Assembly (NCBI RefSeq): GCF_009914755.1
Contig: NC_060936.1
Source of the DNA: the human T2T-CHM13v2.0 reference genome, Homo sapiens
Length of the DNA: 64,000 bases
Reading direction: 5' to 3' (one strand)
Below, piece after piece: positions 28,142 to 40,892 of the stretch. The translations under genes were made by a program, and so were the position numbers. Under the pieces are notes generated by a model. That model did no database searches and was not told where the DNA came from. It saw only the letters and a list, made by a program, of their open reading frames with translations. Position 1 is the stretch's first letter. Each line of letters begins with the position of its first letter.

Positions 28142-29283
28142 CTAAGAAGTCCAAATGCTAATACTCCTAATAATTAGCCATTCCTTTTGTGTTTTGGTGA
28201 CATATATCCTCATACAATGTATATCAAATGGAATTTTTTGATTTACACCTGACATTTCAAAGTTTCCATTTTTGAATTCTCCTAGTCTTAAGTAAGTAGA
28301 ACATTGTCTCCTTTGTTTGCTAGGCATAACGTTTTCCCCAACATCTAGGGCTCCATGATGCAAAATATCATTTTGCCGATCTTCTGTTCCAGTATTTACT
28401 TTAATTTTTTTTATTATAATTGGATTTTCAAATACAATCACAAAAACATCTCCTGTTGAAGGTGGTTTCCCCCAAAAGTACTCATCAACACTACTGTAAG
28501 CCTTGCTTGCTTCATAATTTTCAAACACATTCATGTTGGTGTACAGACTTGCAGGGGGGTTATCAGGAATGTCAAATGACTCCTCTTCAAAATCATCATC
28601 CTTCAGCTTATTCTCCGTCCCTTTGTATGATGAATAATAGCCCATGTGCTGAAAGAGAGATGGTTTAAAACGGATCACATTTTTCTGAGCCAACAGACCA
28701 CGGAAATGAGTCAATAGCCAATCACAAGGCATTTCTTGATAAAACATTAATAAAAAATGGGCCAAACGTGGGAGATCATGAGAATGATAGAGTTTACCAA
28801 TGTAGCCAAGCTTAGAGAATTCAAGAGTTACCCAGTAAGTTCCTTCTAGGGATGCAATGACTTTCTTGATGGCAGTTAAGAAATTTTTTGAACATCGAAC
28901 ATCATCTTCAAGCATTACATAATAGTCTGAAGTATTGGCACAAAAATTAAGCAGAAAAGCATAATCTACATTTTGCTTGGAACGAAATTTGACTCTATCT
29001 TCTGGATCATTGTAATTTCTTTTAAGGCCATCTAGGATTGGGTAATACTCCTCTGGAGCATGTATAACCATTAATCTTCCTGCAATAATATGGTGCGCAA
29101 ATTTCTGTGTAATATCCTGGACCATGGCATCACGCCAGGAAGAATTAAAGTCTGCTAGGTGAACCACCACTGAAATTTCCTTCAGCTCTTCATAGCTGGA
29201 TTGCTCAAAAATTGACTTAATTGTCTCAAGTAAATAGTTTCCTTTTTTTCGCTTTACTGAAGAAAGTCCAATTGTAAGATACC
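28142..29283 (-). CDS. MGAT4C: MGAT4C last coding exon: GT54 GlcNAc-transferase IV/VI-type catalytic domain and C-terminal lectin-like domain
   Basis: Acceptor tttgcag|GG TAT CTT continues as [26 protein letters not shown] into the 342-aa track ORF (YYVMLEDDV motif, ends SISIWTS-TAG at 28142). The spliced CDS is 1437 nt. Confidence 0.97.
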
Positions 29284-30431
29284 CTGCAAAAAAGAATTCA
29301 GAAGCAATACAAATGTGAACTAGAAATATGGAAAAAGTAAAAGAGAGAAGATATTTATTCCTTTGACTTGCTACTTACTACATATTAAGTAAATCTAGTA
29401 AATGACTATGCACAGAACATTTTATGATTAAAGTAATAAGCTAAATATATAAAGGCTGTAAGTGCTTAATACATAATTTATATTTTCTATGAAAAATAAA
29501 TAGCACCTTAATCACAATAATGTATGAGCCCTATTGCTGTGAACATTTACTGATGAAATTCTAAAAACATGGTTTAAAGTGTTCTGCAGCTTAATATTCT
29601 CATATACGCCCATTAGAGAAGGTAGACAGGTACCTAGATAACATACAAGTTACTTTTTAAAGATAAAGTAAAAAAAATGCTTTTTCTCTTTTGCAAAAAG
29701 AGAAGGGCATTCACAGTTAAGGCTGACAAACTAGTTTCAAATGATACAAAAGAAAAATAAGGGTAAGTAAGTCTTTCAATCATCTTTAAATTTTTTATAG
29801 AACACATCACATATTTTCAGTTTTCTTTTTTTTGCTGTCATTATGTTGTACTAGAATTCGTAATTGGACTTCACAATTTTATCTTGAAATGTACATAGTA
29901 TATTAATTAGAAAGCAGACAATATTATAAGACACATTCAAAAAACTTTAATGTTACATTGTTCCAAGACATAAGCACCACTTTAAAAAATTTTGAAACAC
30001 ACTTTATAGTAATTTTGCCTGAATAACTTTTTATTCAGACATTTATAATCTAAAATTAGGAATTAGATATGTTTAGAGAATAAAATAAAACCCTGAGAAA
30101 AGACAGCTCACCTCTGAGAAGGGTTAGAGGTCTTTCTATTGAAATATTTTCACTTTTTAAAGCTCATTCTGATATTAATCAGAATTGAATAACATTTCTA
30201 AGCCACTATTTAGAAAATGGGGAAATCTATATACAACAAGATCATCGTTTTAATATAGCACCTGTATAATGCGGTTTGTATGATATTGAAAAAAGCCCCA
30301 TTCCAAAAACAGTTTGTCAGAGAGATTGTGATTTACACATTTCGTTTAAATACCTTGGCTTACAACTCAGACTTCTATTGAAACACAATATGTTATCTAG
30401 TACCATTAAACTTGAAGCCACCAAACTTCAT

Positions 30432-30686
30432 TAATAATAGCCAATGCTTATGGAATGCTGTCTACATAAGAGGCAGGAGTTTGGGCATTTTATCTGTAAT
30501 ATGCATCTTAAATGTTCAAAACGGTCTTTTGGGATAGGTTTGCTATTACCATCATTCTGCTTTACAGATAGGGACACTAAGTCACGGTGAGATGAGGTGA
30601 CTCATGCAAGGTGGTACACTTAGTAGGTGATGCTGCAACAGGATTCAAACTGTCTCACTCTTTTATCCTCTGTGTTACATTGCCTC
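30432..30686 (-). mobile_element. MIR
   Basis: tttacagatagggacactaagtcacggtgagatgaggtgactcatgcaagg...ggattcaaac. Confidence 0.7.
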
Positions 30687-31022
30687 TGGTAGAAAGCAGT
30701 TGGCATGTGTGCCAATAAACATTAGTAAATTTAGCATGGGAAAAGGTAATCAGTAATGTTCAAGCAAAGGTGGTGTAACAGAGATGAAAAATGAATGGCA
30801 GTCTTAGACAATTAGAAAGAAGCCTAAGAACAGTAGACATTTCAAATGGTAGAATGAAAGGAAATGAGATATAAAGAAATCTAAATTAATTTAATAATTT
30901 CCTCAACCTAGTGATAACAAATACACTCACATAAACAAGTCTTAAAAGAGAGGTCAATTTTTGTGGTCTTCACATAATTTATTAAGATCATGATAGCACT
31001 GTATTTTATTCTAAGATTCATG

Positions 31023-31341
31023 GTTTTTTTGTTTTTGTTTTTGTTTTTTTGAAATGGAGTCTTGCTCTGTTGCCCAGGCTGGAATGCAGTGGTGCGAACT
31101 CAGCTCACTGCAGCCTCCACCTCCCAGGTTCAGGCGATTCTTGTGCCTTGGCCTCCTCAGCCTCCTGAGTAGCTGGAATTACAGGTGTACACGACCATGC
31201 CTGGTTAATTTTTGTACTTTTAGTAGAGAAGGGGTTTCACCATGTTGGCCAGGCTTGTCTTGAACACCTGGCCTCAAGTGATACACTTGCCTTGGCCTCC
31301 CAAAGTGCTGGGATTACAGGCATGAGCCACCAAACCCAGCC
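31023..31341 (-). mobile_element. AluS
   Basis: Full antisense Alu with a T/G tail and degenerate TSD taagatt(c/t)at. Confidence 0.93.
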
Positions 31342-31537
31342 TAAGATTTATATTTTACACATTGAAACATTTAAAAATCAGGCTGCATACTAAAATCAAT
31401 AGCGTTATAATTAAAATTGGTAATGCTTATACTTTCTTAGTGGTATGCTAATTAGATAATGGTACTTTTTGTAAGCTATGGTGTCTTAGAAATATAGTAT
31501 GTTACTTCTTGGCTCCAAATATATTTTTTTAACTGAC

Positions 31538-31982
31538 TGCAGTGTGTTGAATAGTTTCCTCCAAAAATTCATGTCTACTTGGAACCTCAGAATGTAATTT
31601 TATTAGTAAATTTGATCTTTGCAGATATAATTAGTTAAGGATCTTGAGCTGCAATAATTCTGGATTTAGATGTGGACCATAAATTCAATAACTTGTGTCC
31701 TTATAAAAAGAGGAAAAGACACAGAAAGACAAAGAGAAGAAGGCCATTGATGATGGAGGCAGGAATTGGAGTGATGCCCCAAAGTCAAAGAGTACCAGAA
31801 GCAAAGTCACCAGAAGCTGAAAGGGGCAAGGATTCTCCCTTAGAACTTTCAGAGGGAGTGGGGACCTGCCAGCACCTTGATTTCAACCTCTGGCTTCCAG
31901 AACCACGAGAGAATAAATTGCTCTTTTTAAAAGCCAGTCACTTTGTGGTAATTCGTTATGGCAGACCTAGGAAACTAAAACA
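31538..31982 (+). mobile_element. MLT1 (B/C-like) MaLR solo LTR
   Basis: TG...ggaacctcagaatgt...gagaataaa...ggaaactaaaaCA, with TSD CTGAC/CTGAG. Confidence 0.85.
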
Positions 31983-32375
31983 CTGAGTTTCATTAATTAA
32001 AAAGTTGTGGCAAGTCATAAAACCAAACTGTTAAGAGGTTAGAAAATGTAGCAATATGAACATAGGAATTTTTAAAAGTTAACTTCTAAATTTTAAAGTA
32101 AATTGATTTTTTTCTAGTCACTCTATACCATCCTACAACAAAATCTCAAGAGACTCACATTACGATTAGGCATTTTATTTAATTTTTTTGTTATTAAGTG
32201 TACTGGGTCAGTGAGTATAGTAGTTGGCAATTTGTGAAGAAACATTGAAGTTTTGCCCAAATAATTTATTATATTAGTAAAGCCCTTAAGCCTTTTTACT
32301 ATACATGTGAAACTATCATTATTTTAATGCAAAATATTTTATGTATTCTTTATTTAAATGTTTAAGGATACTTAC

Positions 32376-32523
32376 GCTTTCTTTGTAAAGGTGTGGCAGC
32401 TAGGTAGCGATAGGTGACATTTATGGCTCCTGAGAAATTAGATAAATCCTTGAAAGTATGAACATAGCGTTCTGAATTCAGTTGATGTGTGGATGTTTCC
32501 CTTATAAGTTGTTTGTCTCCTTC
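32376..32523 (-). CDS. MGAT4C: MGAT4C second coding exon (148 nt, stem region)
   Basis: tctttcttggtatttag|GAA GGA GAC...AGA AAG C|gtaagt translates to [49 protein letters not shown]. Its phase matches both neighbouring exons. Confidence 0.95.
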
Positions 32524-33619
32524 CTAAATACCAAGAAAGAAGCAAGGAAAATATATAAATAATAGATGGTCATGGATTAAATAAAGTTTCTTTTTTACAC
32601 AATAAATGTACGACTACAATATATAGTATGCAGGGTTATATAAATCTCAACTACTGACGTCATAAGCTGTAGCTCATCATCACTCACCTCATTTTTTACC
32701 TGGAGGTTCTGCTCCAGTAGCTCGCTCGCCTATTTTGCTGTGTATACCACAATTACATTTGTTTTTCTATAGGACACATTAATAATGATAATCTCTTAAA
32801 AAAAGAATTTCTACATGAAAACTCCCACTGCCTTTATGCTACTTTTCAAATTTTTGACAATCATTTAAGGATCTCAAAATTGACAGTAATCTATTTTATA
32901 GTTTAATCTAAGGCTAGTTCCCACCATATTGCCTGATTTACTCTTCCTCAAGCAGTCTCAAATAAAAGATCACACAGTGTCTCCATGATTGTGAAACTTT
33001 AGGAATGATTAGGAAGATGCAGTAGTGGGCACAATATTTGGATTTTTGATACTTTATTAAATAAGTCACTTATGTGGCTACTATCTAGCTGTTGAGAAGG
33101 GCCAGTTATGGGTGCTATGGCAGTAATTTTTTTCATATGTCCTAAAGTAACCTCAAATAGGATACATTAGCACCAAATTAAGGTAATGTGTAGATATCTA
33201 TGACTAATATTTCTTATGATAGTTAAGTTTGTGTGTGTGTGTGTGTGTGATTCTATTGGATGTAATGCCCGATCCTTTTATATTTTAGATCCCTTTTATT
33301 TATTTGGTGATGGATTTTGCATGTCATTAAATCTTCAGGAAGGTTTATATTCAAGAAAACATATTCATATTCAGATTAAAATATATCCTTTACCCACTAA
33401 TTGCCCTTCTTTGATATAAGCTAAATGGTAAATTTTGATTATCTAATCATCATTTGATCAAGCCTTTACTGGTTATACACTATTAGGAAAATGACTATTT
33501 GTTTGACTCATATGTGATTTACTAGAATTGGTAGAATACATTTGAGAACAACCTAATTAGAAAGAAATATTTCTCTCTCTCTCTCTTTTTTTTTCTCAAA
33601 ATGTGCACTCTACTATGTG

Positions 33620-33932
<313 letters not shown>

Positions 33933-35902
33933 TTATGTGGATTTATTTTATTCAGTATAGAAAGTCAAGCTAGGCATGTGCTAGCTATAAGACTGTAGAG
34001 AAAGTAAATGGATTAAATAACTCTGGTCCTGCTATTATTTTGCTGTGGTCATTAAAAGGTTAATTAAAGCCTTGTTCTAAAAAATTAGACAAAGCTCAGA
34101 TACAAGTTTTACAGCTGAAACATTCAATACTTCTACTTCGCATCAATCTCGAGTGACAATGAAAAAGATGACTAACTCAGATTTTCTAATCTATGGCCAG
34201 ACGTGACTATTCTTAGAATAAAAACTGAAAGTAGGGACCTTAACTAGAGGCTTCCAATATGGTCCTTACTAAATCAAGATTCATTCTGAATATCTTTTCT
34301 GTATATCCAAGTATGTTTATAAATCCAAATTTGGTCTTTAATAGTGTATTTCTCTATTTCATACTGCCTTTGATAATTTGGACCAAGAAATACTTTAGTC
34401 CTTTATAAGGTTCACAATGTGTAAAAGTGTGGTTTTGTGTGGCTTTTACACAATGCCATGTGTAAAAGCCACAAACTTTCAAAGTACTTGAGATTAAACC
34501 TTAGATGCTAAATTACTTAGAAATATACTAATTGGCTATCCACTGAATTCTGATGATTTTAAGTTCTTTATACATAAATATTTTCATTGGTGTTTACCTG
34601 CATACCTATAAAACATCATTAAAGTTTAAAATAAATTTAGAACTGCCAAAATGTAACTAGTGACTCAGTTTAGTATCAATTATTTTAATAGTAATGTAGT
34701 GATGTACATAATTAATAATGCCTGGAAGAAATTTCTGTAAAAAGTACAGTAATTACAGCACTAAATTCATTTTACCATTCTATTCTTAGGTGATGTTACA
34801 TTCTAAGGTAAGTGCAGGATATTGAATACCTCTTTAAAAATTCTATCCTTAACACATAAAATCTAGAAATTTTGTGTTATAAGATGGAGTACATTCATCC
34901 TGATTTAAGGACATAACAGAATATAAAAAGAAATGGAACTTACATGAAATCACTTTATTAAATTCTCAGGAACAAGCTTTTTTATACTTTTCAGCATAAA
35001 TAAATAATGCAACTTTCACCTGAGTCAGCCTTGTTGGCTGCTTTCCAGAGTCACCTACCTGAACAGCCAGGCTCTCCCTGGATACCTTCTTTCTGTAGCT
35101 ACTATGCTGTAGTATATTTCTCAGTAATAAGACAAAGCTTTATGACAATCATTTTCTGGATGGGAATGCAATTCAATGAACTAGCTGCAGACTAAATATA
35201 TACCCTTGTGGCTACTTTGAAGATGCTCAAAGCCAAGAAGCTAAGTTGATTGGGCATGCAGTGTCTCTTCTACTTAGTTTGCCTTGTAACGGTGTTTGTC
35301 TCTTACACTAAGTGCAGCTTCCTTTTTCACTTAAAGGCACATATATCTCTAATACATAAGCAAATATGCTAAACTGCTAATATGCCTAGGGTTTCAGGCC
35401 ACAAATGGATTTTCTAACAAAAAGACGAGAATAGAATCTGTTAACTAACTCCAGAGACCTTACTACTTCTAACTATTCACCTGATATCTCTAAGTTAGAA
35501 GTACTATTTCCCAGTTTTTAAAAAAGGAAGACAAAAAAGAAAGATCTACTAATATCTGTGCGTAGCAAATTGCATACATTGTGATAATCGGGAAGAAAGA
35601 AGAAAAATGAGTTCAGATAATTTTATTAAAAAAGAAATAAACACAGGTAAAAAGATCAAAAGGGAGATGTGTTAAAAAGAAATTGCATTATATTCTTGGA
35701 GGGGGCCAGTTTCCCATGGATACTATTCATTTTTAGAAGAATAATTGTAATGCAATTTAATATTAATCATTGAAAAAGTTTTCAACTTATAGCCTTGAAG
35801 CAAAATTCAGCTAAAATGCGATTTGGTTAAAAAACATCCGTCAGTAAATAGTAAATTGTTAAATAATAAAAATGCTATCATCAAACTTAGAACAAGGGAT
35901 GA

Positions 35903-36371
<469 letters not shown>

Positions 36372-38237
36372 TCATTGAGAAAGTAGCTTTAGTAGAAGAG
36401 CTACTTCATTAAATCATATTATCTACATTTGATGACTAGGACCAATGTTTAGATAGCACTGTAAACATTTGCAAAACAGGAACATAGCATTTTATTTTCT
36501 AATTGACATATACTCTACTACTTCTTACTCATTTTATGGTGAATTTAAACAGGTTCTATTTCAAAAGACATAAGGGCGTTTTGCACATTCAATGGTCCTT
36601 TGGGTTTGTTGAAAGTGAAAGATTAAAATTGCACTGGAAACTGTCTTATAAATTCAGCAAGTAATTGAACATAGCAAGCCTCCAACCAATAACATGTGTT
36701 TGATTTACAAGATTTTATTTACTTCTACCAGTAGACACAGAATCAAGAAATAAATTTTTATTATAAAATTGAATAATTAATCAAGAGAATCTCTAGTTAA
36801 CTTACAATCTTTCATTATCTTAAGAAAAAAATAGCAAGAACACATGGGCCTTGTTCTGTTGTCCTTATTATATCTCATATAACTAATAGGTTTTAAAAAT
36901 ATTCAAAAATGCATAACATTAGTATGTTTCTCCTATTTTCTAAGTTTGCCTAAATCATACCTACTCAAATCCTGTTTAATCTTTGTTGATTTCAGCCATT
37001 GTGCATAGACTGTGGAGAGAAACATTAAGGGTCCACAACATCAGAATCACTATTTGAAGACAAAAAGCCTAGGCAGAGTCAAAATCTAGGATTCTGGTAC
37101 AATTTCAGCATCAAAGAACAGAGATAAAGGATGCAAGATGTTTTACAGAGGACTTCTTAGGAATATCTGTACCAACTAAAATCATATGGTTGACTCATAG
37201 GATATAGCATAGTATCTGGAAAATAATAGTTAATAAATAATCTAAAGCATTTTTTTTTGGAAATACTCTCTCTCTTGTTAAGACACTAATTTAAACTTTT
37301 AGCATTTTTGCATGTGAAAATCACTTTTTAGTTCCTGTTAGTTGTAAAGGTTTTGATTTCTGAAATATATAAACTGTAATCAGGTTTTGATTTTCTGAAA
37401 TCTATAAATATTAATAATAACATACAAATTGGGACAGATATTTTAGGCTCCATTAAGATAGAAAAAGTGAATAGCAATAATGTCTGTATTAATCTCATCA
37501 GACATGAAATGATGTGATGATAACAATAAGAAAAAAATTGAAACTAACATATTAATTTTTCATAATTAGTCAGAATAAGCGCTTTTGCATATTGTCATAT
37601 TTTCCCTAAAAAAACCTATTTATATGTAATCACCTACCAATATTTGGTATCTCATTTTAACTACTGAATGATTTACACATCAATATCTTTATCTCTTGAG
37701 ATCTTTTCAGTGGGTATAAATATAAAACAGAGTGGCCATCTAGGTCTATTCAAAATTCAGATAAGGTGTTACACATTGTAATAAAATATTACTTATACAA
37801 ATAGCACAATTAAAAAGCATTGTTAATTAGACAATGGAATTTTGAAAATTTCAGTGATAATATAGAAAAGTAGAGGAAGCAAGAAGTTATACTTTCTAAG
37901 CAGATTTTGTTTATTCTATGCATTTCAAACGGAAAACCCAAAATCTTAATGGCTCCACATATTTATTCTGCATAGTGATGATAGCTAACTTATTTGTAAT
38001 TACATGTACATATTTGGAGCACAAAATATACACCATTAAAAATATTGGAACATAATTCAAAACAAGTGTAATGTTGATGTATGGTTAATACAAAAAATAG
38101 ACAATATACATGTTATAATTTTGCTCAAACTAAGTCTTCTCCAATAGCTTGAGATTGAAGTTAGGCTACAATGGGACTAATTCTTGTTTGACTTATGCCT
38201 TATTTTGAAGAAAAGACAATCAACCTCCCAAACTTAC

Positions 38238-38384
38238 CAGAACATAGCTATCTTCAATGTACAAGTTCATAAAAAGGAGAAAAATGACAAGAACTCCCAA
38301 GAATGACACTGTAGAACGTTTTCTCAGGCATCTCATTTTATCAAGTATTTCAAAAATATGTTTCATTTGATGAAATTTAAACAT
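38238..38384 (-). CDS. MGAT4C: MGAT4C first coding exon (aa 1-49: cytoplasmic tail and signal-anchor TM)
   Basis: Minus strand reads ttttccacag|AAGAGA ATG TTT AAA...GTT CTG|gtaagt and translates to [49 protein letters not shown]. The exon starts at 38390; the donor is phase 0. Confidence 0.95.
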
Positions 38385-40547
38385 TCTCTTCTGTGGAAAA
38401 GAGACACAGAATTACTAGCAGTTGGTTTTGGATGCAAATATTTCTTTATCGCATATATAAAAGTCAGGTCCTTGTAAAATTTCATCTTTCAAATGTTTGA
38501 ATTAAAATTCTGTTCCCAATTTCAAACATAAGGTTGGCACAGATCATTAATTAATATGTTAACATAAGATCAATGCAGTGGTTTATATTAATGTAGAGTA
38601 AATAAAAATAAAAAGCAAGTCTCATAGTTACTGACGAAAAAAGATGAACTTTGGTCATAATAATGTAAATAAAACAGGCCTCTGATGAGAAACAGTACAA
38701 AAGCACAATAGAAAAACAGTCAAGTCCACTGTCATCAGTGAGGTATAACTTTAAGGTAACATTTACCTCTCATATTGTAGTATAACGAAAATGAGAAAAA
38801 GCAGAATTATGGGCCTAATATTAATCTCAGAGTAGGTGTCAACTGAAAATATTTAACTGGGAATCTGGGTGGAGTAAAGAAAAGTGATAAAGAAGTTAAG
38901 GCTGTGGGGTAAATCCAAACATATGTTTGAAAACTTCTGGGTTACAATTGCTTTGCTTATTTTTCCAATTATTCTTGTTAAATCAGGGTGAATCCTATAG
39001 TATTATATTAACATTTCCTTGATATCTACTACTTAGTAGTTTAGCTGTTTGAAATAATTCATGTACTACACAAAGGCAAAATGAGAGTCAGAAAGATTCG
39101 TGAAAACCTAATTTAAAAAAATTTTTACTCTTCTATTTTCTGATATTTTCCAACCAAAGATTCCTTTACATTATTCATTATTTTATAAAAAAGTATAAAC
39201 ATATCTGAAGCACTTAACAAACTAGAAAAATCACATTTTGTGTAAAATCAACACATTGATAACCTGAAAACAGAGCTACTTAGAGTTGTGTAATGGATCT
39301 CCTTGGGTTTATCTTTATGATGAAGTATTTATGTGTAAGGGAGACTTTAGAAAGTGAAAAATGTCCGTCCCCTATAATCTTAGAACTATGCCTAGAACAT
39401 AGCTGGCAAATCTTATCTCTTCAATGAATTAATGCAAGGGAGAATTTGTGGGTCCTTATAAATTATAGTAAAAATATTAGGAATTAGAAGAAAGTCTTAA
39501 TATATAAGACTTAATATATGACTTAATAATTATAAGTCTAAAAATAATTTCTAAAAAAGAATTATGAAAGTGCTATACATATTACTGTCCATTTTCTTTG
39601 ATCATATTTTTCTTAAGGGTTATTTTTCTTATAAATTTGTAGAAATTGTAAATATGTGTATAAATATGCACACATAGATGCACATAAATGTATATCCTGA
39701 GGATTTGGGTGATATATGACATTTCAAATAGTATGAGAAGTGGTAAAAATAATGCTTTGGAGGCAATATTGTAGTTCTGTTATGGGATCTTCAGAGTGTT
39801 GCTTTTCTGATCAGAAACCTCTGTGACTGGTGGCATCTTGCCAGAGTCCTTGTCCTGCATCGAGGAAGAATGAGGTATTCAGACAAGTGGAGGGTGAGCA
39901 AGATGAAGAGGAGCTTTATTCAGTGTTAGAACCACTCAGACAAGACCCACAGTGGGTAGGTCCTCTCTGTAGACAGGTCAACCTGTCAAGTGTTCAGCAC
40001 TTAGCAGAGAGGTTAGCTCCTCTCTGCTGCTGGTTGATCCACCCTCTTCTCAGCAGACAGGGTAGCTCCTCTCTGCAGGTGGCCACTCCATCATCTCTCC
40101 ATCCTCTCCTCTGCTCTGGCTGAACACGGGGCTTTTATGGGCCTCAGAGAGGAGGAAGCGCATGCCAACTGATCCATGGACAGCCATGGGCGGGCCCAGA
40201 AAAGGCACCACAAGTTCCCAGTCTGGTCTGCAGGACTGGCAGCCTGGCCCCCAGGCTTCAGGCCTTCACCAGCCTGAAGGTGGGGCTTCACTGGGGACCC
40301 ACCCCCTTCCCCCCAGAAGTCTGTCTGCCTCCCACTACTGTCCATAGTGTCCAGGCTGCTTGCACCAATGGGCACCTGCAGGCCAGTGACAAGACACCCT
40401 CAGCCCCCTCCTTGGTTATCCTTCCCGCACTCGTGGGCGCTTAAAGCCTGGAGGGTGCTGAGATGACAAGCAGCTGGCATGTCAGCACTGCCCAGAGCTG
40501 ACATTACAGGCATGAATCTGAGATGCTGTGCCTTGGGGGAACTCAGT

Positions 40548-40680
40548 GTCTGGGCATGGTGGCTCATGCCTCAAATCCCAGCTCTTAGAGGGGCAGAGGT
40601 AAGAAGATAGCTTGAGCCCAGGAGTTTGAGACCTGCCTGGGCAATATAGTGAGACCCCATTCTCCACAAAAAGGAAAAAG
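40548..40680 (+). pseudogene. BC200 RNA (BCYRN1)-derived copy (monomeric Alu domain and start of the A-rich domain)
   Basis: BC200-type rather than generic Alu residues: CCCAGCTCTTAG, GATAGCTTGAGCCCAGG, GAGACCTGCCTGGGCAATATAG and TTCTCCACAAAAAGGAAAAA. Confidence 0.8.
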
Positions 40681-40892
40681 TTTACTTCACAGTTCTAGCA
40701 GCAGAGTTTCCAGGTGAGATTTCATCAGAGCAGGTCCTTGGAAGTTTTCACCATCCTGATGACAATATGGCAGGGGTGGTGACCAGCGAGCCATCTTCAG
40801 AAGTGGCCCTACCTTTTCAAAGGGCAGACAAAGGTGCCACTAGCAACATACGTTTCTGGCCAGAAAAGCAACACCCCAAAGATCCTGTAACA

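Noticed and set aside
28420-28668. 82-aa ORF antisense to MGAT4C
   Set aside because: A short shadow ORF with a non-ATG start and no recognisable features.
29168-29170. Start of the 342-aa track ORF
   Set aside because: It is an internal Val codon. The frame extends to the splice acceptor at 29283, and the real ATG is at 38384.
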